Of a DNA stretch of 64,000 nucleotides, positions 9,165 to 18,623 are shown in pieces. Source of the stretch: a virus (Duplodnaviria > Caudoviricetes); the IMG/VR virus record IMGVR_UViG_3300007754_000852, one strand, 5' to 3'. Below the pieces are notes generated by a model that saw only the letters and a program-made list of their open reading frames with translations, searched no databases and was not told the DNA's origin. Within the stretch, counting starts at the first letter, position 1. Each line of letters begins with the position of its first letter. The position numbers and the translations under genes were made by a program.

Positions 9165-9411
9165 CTTCTTCCGCCTCTTTTCCCATCTCTCTCACATCGA
9201 CAACCAGACCGCCCATGTGCTTGCTCTGATAATATCCTGAAAAGTGATCCCAGAGAAGCTGCTGAAGTGCCTCATGGATCCCAGCAGTGTCGTCATACAC
9301 CCAGGTGTCAATGTACTCTGAGTCATTCTCATTGGGAGTTAGCACCTCCCATCCGTTACGGACGCGCCGAATAAGGACATCACCCTTTCTTATCTCTACC
9401 GTTTTACTCAT
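9157..9411 (-). CDS. Hypothetical protein
   Basis: Tiling ORF, IRKGDV near N-terminus. Confidence 0.6.
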   Translation of the reverse strand: MSKTVEIRKGDVLIRRVRNGWEVLTPNENDSEYIDTWVYDDTAGIHEALQQLLWDHFSGYYQSKHMGGLVVDVREMGKEAEEDE

Positions 9412-9715
9412 TTACATCATACCTCTCACAGTCGTTTGGCACGTAATCCCAGCGTCCTTCACCGCACTTCTCACAGTGATTGAACACAAAGGTTCCGTTG
9501 TCAAAAAAATGCTCATTGATCCCGTCCCGCTGGATGTCTCGCTGTGCCATCTCAAGCTCCTCAAGAGTTTGCGGCCTGGCAACACACCAGGCAGCGTAAT
9601 CACCGTCGTCGCCAAGAGGATATAGCTCAACAAGAAGATTAACCTGTGACTCAAAGTCAGTTCCCTCATCCTCGATGGCGACCTTGATCAACCCGTATTT
9701 CCAGCCATTGCTCAT
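9404..9715 (-). CDS. Hypothetical protein
   Basis: Tiling ORF with CEKC. Confidence 0.6.
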   Translation of the reverse strand: MSNGWKYGLIKVAIEDEGTDFESQVNLLVELYPLGDDGDYAAWCVARPQTLEELEMAQRDIQRDGINEHFFDNGTFVFNHCEKCGEGRWDYVPNDCERYDVNE

Positions 9716-9716
9716 A

Positions 9717-9932
9717 CTAAACCTTCCTTAACACGCCTGATGATATAACATATTCCCTACCATTTATTAGCACGTCGAACATCATCTCTCCATCCCATCT
9801 ATGTAAGTTTACAGTTCCTATAATTCTACACTTTTCTTCGTCTGTGTACATGCGAGTGATCAATCCAACATATGTGCATATCGTCTCAAATGATCCTATC
9901 ATATCGTACTGAACTAGATCGCCCACCTTCAT
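9717..9932 (-). CDS. MKxGDLV-family small protein
   Basis: MKVGDLVQY. Confidence 0.75.
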   Translation of the reverse strand: MKVGDLVQYDMIGSFETICTYVGLITRMYTDEEKCRIIGTVNLHRWDGEMMFDVLINGREYVISSGVLRKV

Positions 9933-10264
9933 TCTCTATTTCTCCAACAGGTCTCACTCACGTGGATCTTTTGCATGAGATCCTCACGACCGAACTTCCG
10001 CTGACGAGAGAAGAATCTCTTTCCAACTGACACGTCAGGATCATTTGGCCTCGCACTGCCGATCGGAAACACATCATCATCACTCAGATTCCACACGTCG
10101 CCGCCGATGAGAACCATGAACTCAGACTCGTCAGATCGTGTAGGTTTGTGAAGTGGTCTGATCTCAACGATCACGCCCACATCTTCCTTGTCATCCGTGT
10201 GATTCCACGCTGCAACCATGTCACCAACCTGGTACATCACATCACCTTCTTGATATTTTGTCAT
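9929..10264 (-). CDS. MKxGDLV-family small protein
   Basis: MYQVGDMV...GVIVEI. Confidence 0.7.
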   Translation of the reverse strand: MTKYQEGDVMYQVGDMVAAWNHTDDKEDVGVIVEIRPLHKPTRSDESEFMVLIGGDVWNLSDDDVFPIGSARPNDPDVSVGKRFFSRQRKFGREDLMQKIHVSETCWRNRE

Positions 10265-10446
10265 AGACTTGCTTCTTGACTATCTACAGCACCTGCAATA
10301 GAATTAAAAACGCCCAGAAGACTTTCACATCAAAGAAGACTCGATGATCGTTCTAAGTACCATACCAAAGTGATAAAATACAATAAAGGTAACAGTATGT
10401 GCAGATGTTACTAGAAAAGAATTCATTATTGTTTACCTCTAGATAT

Positions 10447-10475
10447 ATTCTACCATGATATCGATGAAGTTACAC
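10447..10475 (-). promoter_or_regulatory. Class I promoter
   Basis: GTGTAAC ttcatcgatatcatgg TAGAAT. Confidence 0.65.
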
Positions 10476-10637
10476 GAATCTTATCTTTCTCTTGCCTTAA
10501 TCACGTTTGAGACATGTCTTTCCCATATGTAACGAACTAGATCTCCGACGTTGATGACGTCGCCATTAGCATAGTAGAATTCTTCTATCTCGTCAGCCAT
10601 CAGCTTGACTCCTTGACCGGTTTATGTCTTCATCATA

Positions 10638-11054
10638 TCACAGAACTAGCTCATTCCACATGCCGTTTTCATCGGTATACTTAACCCTCTTTATTCCTGC
10701 GTCTTTAATGTGAAACATACAATGCTTACATGGCTTAGCCATTGCAAAACCGTCATCAGATCTTTTAAATCTCATAACCTCTATTTCATCACCTTCCATA
10801 GCAAATCTCAAAACGTTCATCTCAGCATGCATATGAGAGCCTGTCGTTCCATCAGGATATATTCTTTTAAATCTTGGATGAGTCTTACAAGTGTTTTCAC
10901 CGATCTTAACAATCTTTCCCCGACGCCTTAAGATTGCAGCAACGTGATAAGCTCTTCCGTTATTAATTGCTAATTTACGAGCTCGATAGTACACTGGGCA
11001 TGAGTCTTTCTCCTTAATATAACCTATATTACTACATTTTTTGAAGATGTTCAA
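10638..11054 (-). CDS. Cytidine/dCMP deaminase-fold zinc protein
   Basis: HAE and PCKHC zinc motifs; YHVAAIL and GEN N-terminal strands. Confidence 0.85.
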   Translation of the reverse strand: MNIFKKCSNIGYIKEKDSCPVYYRARKLAINNGRAYHVAAILRRRGKIVKIGENTCKTHPRFKRIYPDGTTGSHMHAEMNVLRFAMEGDEIEVMRFKRSDDGFAMAKPCKHCMFHIKDAGIKRVKYTDENGMWNELVL

Positions 11055-11358
11055 CTAAGATCTGAATCTCAACATCGCTCAAATATAGATTTGGCATTGT
11101 TGTACCGGGCTTAACACTATCTGGATCCCTTAGCCATCGTGCAAGATTTTCAGGAGTATTCTCAAGAACGCCGGCAATCATCTTTCGTGATGAAAATCCC
11201 GACAGGTCAGGACACACTCCTGATGTGTGACATGTCTTGCATGCCTTTGACTGAAACAGTCTGTCTCCTTAATCTTGCATAGATATATTTTGACTGATTC
11301 TAAAGCCCTCTGCCGGGGCGTTGAAAGCAGAGAGAAAAATTATCATTAATGAAATCAT
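11032..11358 (-). pseudogene. Class I cytochrome c with signal peptide, interrupted by one in-frame TAA (11269-11271)
   Basis: Hand translation MISLMIIFLSAFNAPAEG...MQD*GDRLFQSKACKTCH...CPDL...ENLARWLRDPDSVKPGTTMP; CxxCH plus distal Met. Confidence 0.8.
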
Positions 11359-11361
11359 TGT

Positions 11362-11562
11362 TTAAAATGGAATATCAGGTGATGTGTTAATATATTGAAT
11401 GTCTGATAGTCTGATAATTGATCCGTCTTCAAATTTAAACATTGACGGCTCTCCGCTTTTTGAACTTTTCTTTAGCGTCGCAAGCAATTTATGATATTCA
11501 CTGGTCTTTATGTGCTTAGAAATATGATGAGCTCTGCTATGAACGTACATGTCAATTATCAT
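11362..11562 (-). CDS. Hypothetical protein
   Basis: Tiling ORF. Confidence 0.55.
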   Translation of the reverse strand: MIIDMYVHSRAHHISKHIKTSEYHKLLATLKKSSKSGEPSMFKFEDGSIIRLSDIQYINTSPDIPF

Positions 11563-11894
11563 TTCTTTCTCTTCTTTTTAGATGATTTTTTTATTAAATC
11601 TTGTTCAATTTCTTTCATTACACAAAGAGAATTACATGCTTTCCATATCTCCTGACTATATCTTATGACATCTGAATTGCAACTATAGTATCCCCTATGT
11701 CCCTCATTTTTTATCTTTGATTTAAGATTTTCTAAGCATTTATGCAATGATTCTATCTTTAGGCTTAGCAAGTCTAAATAAGCTTCTCTTGAGAGATAGA
11801 TCTTCTCTATCATATCCTTCTCGGTCTTTTTCATTGTCTTGTCTTCTTTTCGATATGAAAAATTAATTAAATCATTTCCATATCTTTTAGCCAT
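11559..11894 (-). CDS. Hypothetical protein
   Basis: Helical, basic C-terminal tail; start uncertain. Confidence 0.55.
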   Translation of the reverse strand: MAKRYGNDLINFSYRKEDKTMKKTEKDMIEKIYLSREAYLDLLSLKIESLHKCLENLKSKIKNEGHRGYYSCNSDVIRYSQEIWKACNSLCVMKEIEQDLIKKSSKKKRKK

Positions 11895-13345
11895 TTAGTT
11901 ATTCTATCATTAACTTTAGGATCGTATTCTCCTTCTGGCCAGCCTCCATGAGAGCTTGGTTGATCTAGCATTAAATTCTTAACAGTACCCTTTTCATAAG
12001 ATTCATCTGGATGATAGCCTCTGTATTTTTTCTTTTTTCCTGATTCAGCAATAATCAGATGTCGTATCATGTAGACTAGCTGATCTTTGTTACTTTCATC
12101 TAATCGAGTTCTGTTTGGATTATCTAAGCCAAATCGATTAGACAGCGCATCAACAGTTATCCAGACGTCGTTATAATTCATATCGTGATGAGATGCTAGT
12201 TTTGAATAATCCATCTCATCATTCCATATGATCTGAGCTATATCTCTATCATCTACTACGTCACCTGCAAAATTATCAACTGTATATTGTTGTCGAGGTG
12301 GTAGCTCTATGCCTGCTTCTTTTCTCTTCTTATACACTCTTGACATAACAACGCTTAAGGCAGAGTTCATTGTGTCTTGTGCTGCCTCATCAAGCATTTT
12401 AAATTCATCGATTGCAGTTTTTATCATCAGCGCTGATGCAACAAGCCCTAACCCACCAGACAAATAACTTCCCGTTGCTCCCATACCTGCTGTTGCTGAG
12501 ATTCCCATAGCTGTCAACCCTTTAAGAACAAGTATTCCAACGGGTATTGCAGCTAGACACCCTAAAACGACCCCTGTAAATGTAGCAGTCTTTGCCATCA
12601 TTTTCTGAAACGGTGTTGCTATCTCAAGCTGTTTATCAGTTGCTGCATCATCCAACCAAGACCAACTATCAACCGCACCCTCTACAGCACTACCGCCGAC
12701 ATCTCCAACACCATCAGATATTGCGTTTCCAATACCGTCTGTGATGAAAGCAAGATCGTCTGGTGAAAGTGCTCTTTGAAGTTTTTCAGCGCCAAATACA
12801 AGCTTAATATAGTCGTCAATTGCTGCTCCCGCAAGAATCAAAATTACATTGTCTAAAAAACCAAAGACGAACTGATATGCGAAATCTTTTGCATATCTTA
12901 TTAGTAGCTGTCGAAATGTCGGTGGAACTGGTTTTCCAATAATTCTTTCAACTCTTTCAGTATAGTCTGATATCAGCTTAGTGTTTGTATAAGATGACTT
13001 GTATCTCCTAAGAGCCTTTTTCGCTGATGTTTCTTTTATCTCCCTAAGTTTGTCAGGTGATAAGTCATCTTGACTTTCAATTCCTGGGTTGTCTTCTATG
13101 AACTGTCTTAATTCATCACGAATAGCATTCACATAAAGAGAGGAAAAATCACGAACAGCTCTTTCTCTCATTGCAATTCGAAGTCTTTCATCAATCTCAT
13201 TTCCATGCTCTATGGCACTTGACACGACCTCTATAGATCGATCATCTCCAGCGTGAACGTCACCATACAGATTTTGGCCCATTCCAATTTCGTTAATCAG
13301 CTCTTCTTTTATTATTTTCTTAAGAGACTTCTTAGAAAGTTTCAC
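11867..13345 (-). CDS. TMEM65-like membrane domain protein with phage 'LKKIIKEE' N-terminal motif
   Basis: FVFGFLDNVILILAG, GIGNAISD, GVVLGC match the TMEM65 pattern; GTG start KLSKKSLKKIIKEE. Confidence 0.7.
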   Translation of the reverse strand: MKLSKKSLKKIIKEELINEIGMGQNLYGDVHAGDDRSIEVVSSAIEHGNEIDERLRIAMRERAVRDFSSLYVNAIRDELRQFIEDNPGIESQDDLSPDKLREIKETSAKKALRRYKSSYTNTKLISDYTERVERIIGKPVPPTFRQLLIRYAKDFAYQFVFGFLDNVILILAGAAIDDYIKLVFGAEKLQRALSPDDLAFITDGIGNAISDGVGDVGGSAVEGAVDSWSWLDDAATDKQLEIATPFQKMMAKTATFTGVVLGCLAAIPVGILVLKGLTAMGISATAGMGATGSYLSGGLGLVASALMIKTAIDEFKMLDEAAQDTMNSALSVVMSRVYKKRKEAGIELPPRQQYTVDNFAGDVVDDRDIAQIIWNDEMDYSKLASHHDMNYNDVWITVDALSNRFGLDNPNRTRLDESNKDQLVYMIRHLIIAESGKKKKYRGYHPDESYEKGTVKNLMLDQPSSHGGWPEGEYDPKVNDRITKWLKDMEMI

Positions 13346-13346
13346 T

Positions 13347-13715
13347 CTATTGCCCTTGTGAATCTTCATCTAAAAAATATATTGTTGCATTTCTATCTGA
13401 GCATATTGGTATTAGGTCTGATTCTGACGGGAGCGGAGCAAACGATGGAGATACAAAAAATGAATATGTTGTCCACTCACGTAAGACTTGTTCATCATCA
13501 GAAAGTTTTTCATTAAAACTGACACATCTTACTTTAAACGCTCCTCTGCTTTGAGAATACCCATAATATACTGTGTCACATCCTGCCACGTCCATGTTAA
13601 CAAGAAGAGAATCTACACACATGCTCTGGCTTGGTTCAAAGTTCTTTCCGGCATAATGTAATTTTACTGAACAGCCGCATAATAAAACTAATGATGCTAC
13701 AAGTGGCTTTATCAT
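13347..13715 (-). CDS. Putative lipoprotein
   Basis: Hydrophobic leader with LLCGC lipobox. Confidence 0.65.
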   Translation of the reverse strand: MIKPLVASLVLLCGCSVKLHYAGKNFEPSQSMCVDSLLVNMDVAGCDTVYYGYSQSRGAFKVRCVSFNEKLSDDEQVLREWTTYSFFVSPSFAPLPSESDLIPICSDRNATIYFLDEDSQGQ

Positions 13716-13733
13716 TTTGTCACCTGATAATAT

Positions 13734-14072
13734 CTATTTCTTAACTAATTTAATGTTTTGCCTAAATACGTGATATACGCTGCCATGAACAAGAATTTCA
13801 TACACGTCATACATGCTCCACCTGCCTGCCCTGCTTAGTCTGCTAGGCCTTCCGACGCATCTGATAACTGTTGCGACGTCTCCGTCTCTTACAACTATTG
13901 ACTTTCCAAAAAAATCACTGTGTGACGGATAATTTGTAAGATCAATTCTTTCATAAATTTTTAACCCACCATCTTTAGTGGGTGTTCCTGTTGAAAAACC
14001 GTCAGGTGAGTTCTCTATTACAATAACAACAATATCACCTTTGACTATATCTCTATCACCCATCTGTCTCAT
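13734..14072 (-). CDS. SH3/KOW-like protein
   Basis: IVKGDIVV...YEILV. Confidence 0.65.
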   Translation of the reverse strand: MRQMGDRDIVKGDIVVIVIENSPDGFSTGTPTKDGGLKIYERIDLTNYPSHSDFFGKSIVVRDGDVATVIRCVGRPSRLSRAGRWSMYDVYEILVHGSVYHVFRQNIKLVKK

Positions 14073-14497
14073 TTTGAAATCGTCGGAAGGCCTCTAACAA
14101 TGTCACCGATGGAAATTTTGTTTGAATCAAACCATCCATCATTGACTTCAAGCGCATACATCGCAGGGCCACTAGACCATACACGTTCATCAGACTGTGG
14201 TGACATTTTTTCTATATTTAATATTTCACCTGACTCATTGAGGTATGCAATTGACAGCGGAATGTACGTATTTTTCATCCAAAATGCTCTTCTGCTAGAA
14301 TCTGGAAAGATAAAAAGCATGCCCTCATTTCTCTTTAGATCTGCTCTATTCATTAGGCCTACATCTCGTGAGACGTCTGTGTCAGCAACCTCAACATATA
14401 GCGGCTGAGAATTCACATATATTTCTATCTTGTGTGAATTACGACCATCTAGCATTCTTCTAATCGTCTGTCTAAGCTGGTTTTCTGTTATTAGCAT
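14069..14497 (-). CDS. DUF192-family protein with 'QLRQTIRR' N-terminal motif
   Basis: VEVADT...GLM...GMLFIF...FWMKNTYIPLSIAY...YALEVNDGW. Confidence 0.88.
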   Translation of the reverse strand: MLITENQLRQTIRRMLDGRNSHKIEIYVNSQPLYVEVADTDVSRDVGLMNRADLKRNEGMLFIFPDSSRRAFWMKNTYIPLSIAYLNESGEILNIEKMSPQSDERVWSSGPAMYALEVNDGWFDSNKISIGDIVRGLPTISK

Positions 14498-14509
14498 TCT
14501 ATTTATTAA

Positions 14510-14764
14510 TTATGAAATATTTTGAATAAGATTCAAATCAAGTTCAAACTCTTCTGATACTCCTAGTGTTGTATTCCATTTTTCATCTGACCATTTAACA
14601 ATAATTGTTTTCATAATTGCGCCAGTTTCAAGATTTTCACCTATCACATATTCCTTTATCTCTAGAACAAGACCAATTGGATGTTTGCCATCAGGAATCA
14701 CATTGTGTGCTGATGTATTGTGATGAGAAACATACTGAACAAGATCACCTTTTTTAATTGTCAT
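14510..14764 (-). CDS. MKxGDLV-family small protein
   Basis: MTIKKGDLVQY...GLVLEI. Confidence 0.7.
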   Translation of the reverse strand: MTIKKGDLVQYVSHHNTSAHNVIPDGKHPIGLVLEIKEYVIGENLETGAIMKTIIVKWSDEKWNTTLGVSEEFELDLNLIQNIS

Positions 14765-14821
14765 TATATTTCTACATATTTTGAATTCAAGAATATAGAA
14801 ACTCAGCATATGTATTATCAA

Positions 14822-16414
14822 ATGATCAATATTCGTAAGAGCATTATTGTTTCACTGCTCGCAGTCACTTCCATTAGTTGTATTGACTATGAGCTTTCAA
14901 ACAATCCTACTAAGATGCCTGATATACGTGTGTCACCAGACAGCGTTGACTTTGGTACACTTTTATCTGGTAACGACGTCGGTGTGCAAGAGATAGAAAT
15001 AGAAAACATCGGAACAGATGATTTAAATGTTGAAAACGTCTATCTTAAATTTTCAACAGGTGTCCACACAATTACCTCAATTAGTGATAAAAGCATAGAC
15101 CCTGGAGATAAAACAGAGTTTTTCATTTATTATGAACCAAGTACATATTCATCAGATCAAAATGTTATCTTAATTGAATCAAATGATCCTACTGACAAAG
15201 TTGTTGAAGTTCCAATTAATGGGTCTGGTGATGCACCCATAATACACGTTCAGCCAGAATATTATGACTTTGGAAACGTCATCGTTGGATGTGATGATTC
15301 TTTACCTGTCACAATTTCTAACATTGGAAATGCTGATCTTGAAATTAGCTCAATTAACTACTTTATATCTCATCCAGTTAATCTTGACATAGACAAGAAT
15401 GAACAAGTGAATGGACTCTTTCCGTGGATTATTCCGCCAGGAAACTATGCTGAGATGTTTATCGACTATGCACCGCTAGATGATATCTTTGATGCAGGAT
15501 ATATTGACATTTCATCAAACGATCCTCAGACACCTGTCAAGACTGTTGAGCAGGGTGGTGACGGTGACTATTTTGCATATGTCATAGACGAGTTTGAGCA
15601 AAAAGAAGACATAATGTCTGATGTTTTATTTGTCATAGACAACTCATGTTCAATGAGCGGCCATCAAACAAACCTTAAGAATAATTTTGATTCATTTATA
15701 AATGTATTTTCGACGTCGGGTGCGGATTATCAAATTGCATTTATAACAACAGATAGCGCAGAAATAATTGATAATGCTATTATTACTCCATCAACACAAA
15801 ACCCCATCCTGGCAGTCAATGACATCATTGATAGCATAGGAATATCTGGAAATCCAGTAGAGAAAGGTCTAAAATATTCATATGAAGCAACACTGGCGGG
15901 AGCTTCTGCAGGTCCAGGCAGTCAGTTTATGAGAAATAATGCAAGACTAGTTGTAATTTATGTGTCAGATGAACCTGATGCATCTAGCAATTACTCTCCG
16001 TGGATGTCTCCTTCTGATTACTCTTCACATCTAAGAAGCCTGAAACCTTCGAACAACTTGATTATTGCGCACGCTGTTGCAGGTGACTATCCCGGTGGTT
16101 GCTCTGGAAACGGCTATGCACAATTTGGTGACGGATATTATGACGTTGTGAATGACTTTAACGGAACATTTATGTCAATATGTGCAACTGACTGGGGTGT
16201 TCAAATGGATGCCCTGGCAAGAGATTCAATTTCATCATTTAGCTTTTCTCTAAGCAAAACACCAATAGAGGATACAATAGAGGTTTATGTTGACGGAGTA
16301 GAGTCATTTGCGTGGTCATACAATCAATCTATAAATTCAGTTGTGTTTAGTGTATCACCTCCTGAGGGAAGCAATATTGAAATAACATATGCAATATACG
16401 GTGACTGTCAATGA
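14822..16414 (+). CDS. Lipoprotein with two Ig-like (choice-of-anchor D/ASH-type) domains and a vWA domain
   Basis: Lipobox TSISC; VDFG/YDFG Ig repeats with SNDP; MIDAS DNSCSM and YVSDEPD; start at ATG 14822. Confidence 0.85.
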   Translation: MINIRKSIIVSLLAVTSISCIDYELSNNPTKMPDIRVSPDSVDFGTLLSGNDVGVQEIEIENIGTDDLNVENVYLKFSTGVHTITSISDKSIDPGDKTEFFIYYEPSTYSSDQNVILIESNDPTDKVVEVPINGSGDAPIIHVQPEYYDFGNVIVGCDDSLPVTISNIGNADLEISSINYFISHPVNLDIDKNEQVNGLFPWIIPPGNYAEMFIDYAPLDDIFDAGYIDISSNDPQTPVKTVEQGGDGDYFAYVIDEFEQKEDIMSDVLFVIDNSCSMSGHQTNLKNNFDSFINVFSTSGADYQIAFITTDSAEIIDNAIITPSTQNPILAVNDIIDSIGISGNPVEKGLKYSYEATLAGASAGPGSQFMRNNARLVVIYVSDEPDASSNYSPWMSPSDYSSHLRSLKPSNNLIIAHAVAGDYPGGCSGNGYAQFGDGYYDVVNDFNGTFMSICATDWGVQMDALARDSISSFSFSLSKTPIEDTIEVYVDGVESFAWSYNQSINSVVFSVSPPEGSNIEITYAIYGDCQ

Positions 16415-16992
16415 AAAGCTTAAAAAGCCTTTTAATATATTCTGTTGCATTACTTATTGGGTGCTCATCATGCCTACCAACTCTTACAAAAGACAGCGAT
16501 GATACAAATGAAGTAATATATCCGTGGGATACATGCTCACAGTCAACGGGAGACCATCCTTGCAATTTTACTCTCTTAGACCAGAATGGAAACGAAGTAT
16601 CTCTATATGATTTTTATAGACAGCCTATCGTCTTAGACCTAAGTGCAATGTGGTGTCCACCGTGTCAGGCTGCAGCAGAGGAAATTCAGGAGACAAGTGA
16701 CAAATACTCTGAGTACAACCTATCATACATCACAATTTTAATAGAGACACCTGTGGGAACAGAGCCAACATCTGACGACTGTAAAGTGTGGGCAGATCAA
16801 TATGGAATAATTGATCCAAGAGTTCTTGCAGGAAGCAGAGACATGATAGACTATTCGTCACAAACAGGGTGGAATCTGACAAGCTGGCCCACGTTTTATT
16901 TTATAGACGATAAAATGAAACTTGTTGATGAAATGATCGGATATAGCGAACATCTTTTAGATCAAAAAATTCAAGATCTGATTACAGATTAG
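16411..16992 (+). CDS. TlpA/CcmG-like thiol-disulfide oxidoreductase lipoprotein
   Basis: NFTLLDQNG...SAMWCPPC...WPTFYFID; lipobox LIGC. Confidence 0.88.
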   Translation: MKSLKSLLIYSVALLIGCSSCLPTLTKDSDDTNEVIYPWDTCSQSTGDHPCNFTLLDQNGNEVSLYDFYRQPIVLDLSAMWCPPCQAAAEEIQETSDKYSEYNLSYITILIETPVGTEPTSDDCKVWADQYGIIDPRVLAGSRDMIDYSSQTGWNLTSWPTFYFIDDKMKLVDEMIGYSEHLLDQKIQDLITD

Positions 16993-17723
16993 TCCTGACA
17001 CACATTTGATGATGTCAGGATGCTTCTACAAATCCCTCTAAGAATTTCATCTTCACTAATTCTACTAGACGGGGTTACCCAAATTATGTCCTCAATTATG
17101 TGTGTGCCCTGCCTCCTCTGGACGTCAATTCCCCAAAGAACGCCAACAAAGTTTCCATTAATGTCATATACACCCGATCCTGAACATCCGAACCACCCAT
17201 AGGAATGAAGTATTATTATTTCCTTTCCTGACTGATCTTTCTCATATCCGGATATCATTCCCCTTATCGTCAAAAGACTGTGAGATGATGGAAAGCCTGA
17301 ATATATTATTTGTGTCCCGATGGGCGCAGCATCAGAAGTAGGATTATATTTTATCGGAGATCTGCTCCTCATTGGAGATATCAATAGAGCTGCAACATCT
17401 ATGCTTTCATCCTTGTATATCAAATGACCAACTATTCTTTCATTTTCACCCAGAATAAGAAACTGATTTGATCCATCACTGACAACGTGTGCTGCAGTTA
17501 TTATTACATGAAACCCTTGAATTGTTACATATGTTCCAGATCCGTGGCCTCCTCGCGACTGAACCTTGACAGCAGCTGATCTAATCTTATTCTCAACTGT
17601 TGACAAGCTTGATGTGCTTCCAACATAGTCAAGAGATAAAATCGACTTTAGATCACTAGAACCATAGCAAATATTTGATAAAATAAAAAATAGAAAAAGA
17701 AGCAAAGCAGCCTTTTTAATCAT
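16989..17723 (-). CDS. Secreted trypsin-like serine protease
   Basis: TAAHV, DVALL-type Asp, GCSGSG catalytic Ser; signal peptide. Confidence 0.9.
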   Translation of the reverse strand: MIKKAALLLFLFFILSNICYGSSDLKSILSLDYVGSTSSLSTVENKIRSAAVKVQSRGGHGSGTYVTIQGFHVIITAAHVVSDGSNQFLILGENERIVGHLIYKDESIDVAALLISPMRSRSPIKYNPTSDAAPIGTQIIYSGFPSSHSLLTIRGMISGYEKDQSGKEIIILHSYGWFGCSGSGVYDINGNFVGVLWGIDVQRRQGTHIIEDIIWVTPSSRISEDEILRGICRSILTSSNVCQD

Positions 17724-17768
17724 TTGTCTAAACCCTAGAGATAACTATCTACAAGTCTAGTGTAAAGA

Positions 17769-17993
17769 TCAAGCTCTTTCCCATTTTGGCTTTTTAAACT
17801 TAGGTCTAAGAATGTTTTCTGTTGATTTGATTGACTCTTTCATCTCAGAGTTGTGTTTTTGTAAGTTTTGTATGCTTTCTCTGATGGTCTTTTTTAGCTC
17901 AAAATTTTCTACTTCTAGCTCTTCAAGTCGCTTTTCAAGTAATTCAACCTTATGCATCCACCACCCAGCATCACTTTCTCGACTGTCTTTCAC
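17769..17993 (-). CDS. Coiled-coil hypothetical protein
   Basis: Heptad pattern. Confidence 0.55.
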   Translation of the reverse strand: MKDSRESDAGWWMHKVELLEKRLEELEVENFELKKTIRESIQNLQKHNSEMKESIKSTENILRPKFKKPKWERA

Positions 17994-17996
17994 GGT

Positions 17997-18623
17997 TTAA
18001 TTCTCATGAATAAAAGTAGCAATTTTAATATTTTGATCTGTTAGCGCTATGTCTCTATCAGGTAATCGCTGCAACTGTCTAAGTCTAGCTAGACCAAAAT
18101 TGTCAAATCCACCTCGATCATGTGCAGGATTCATTATGTGACTTCTTCTATTAAGGTGGCCCCACCCAAGAGAATGACCAAATTCATGCTCAAGAACTCT
18201 ATCCCACGTAGCAGTGGTGTTTCTAATATACACTCTTGCACCAATTGCCTCTCTTGTATTAGGGTCATAATATAGAGCAGTCTGCCCAGAATGCTGTTCT
18301 TTCATTGAAGAACCATTCATTTCAACTGTTATGGCTCCAAAGGGCGTGCTATTTGTAAAGCAAATTGTACCATGATCAAAAGAAATACTTCCAATCATGT
18401 ACCCTAGATTTTTCCAAAACTTTAAGGCAGATCTTACTCTCTCTATTCTTGCAGGCGAGTCAGGGCAAATTTTAACCCAGGGTGTCGTTCTCCAGGATGC
18501 TATTAGATCAGGCTCATGACTAGACACCTCTTCACCAACTGAGACATCTCGATCATTGTTGATCTTATCGTCATGCTGATTACACGATAAACCAAAAAAC
18601 AGAATTGGCATCCATTTTTTCAT
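17997..18623 (-). CDS. Matrixin-like (metzincin) zinc metalloprotease lipoprotein
   Basis: HEFGHSLGWGH plus Met-turn SHIMNP; lipobox GLSC. Confidence 0.88.
   Translation of the reverse strand: MKKWMPILFFGLSCNQHDDKINNDRDVSVGEEVSSHEPDLIASWRTTPWVKICPDSPARIERVRSALKFWKNLGYMIGSISFDHGTICFTNSTPFGAITVEMNGSSMKEQHSGQTALYYDPNTREAIGARVYIRNTTATWDRVLEHEFGHSLGWGHLNRRSHIMNPAHDRGGFDNFGLARLRQLQRLPDRDIALTDQNIKIATFIHEN

Noticed and set aside
11269-11271. Genome-wide stop-codon reassignment
   Set aside because: TAA, TAG and TGA all terminate well-conserved genes at the expected ends, no suppressor tRNA is seen, and only one in-frame stop was found.
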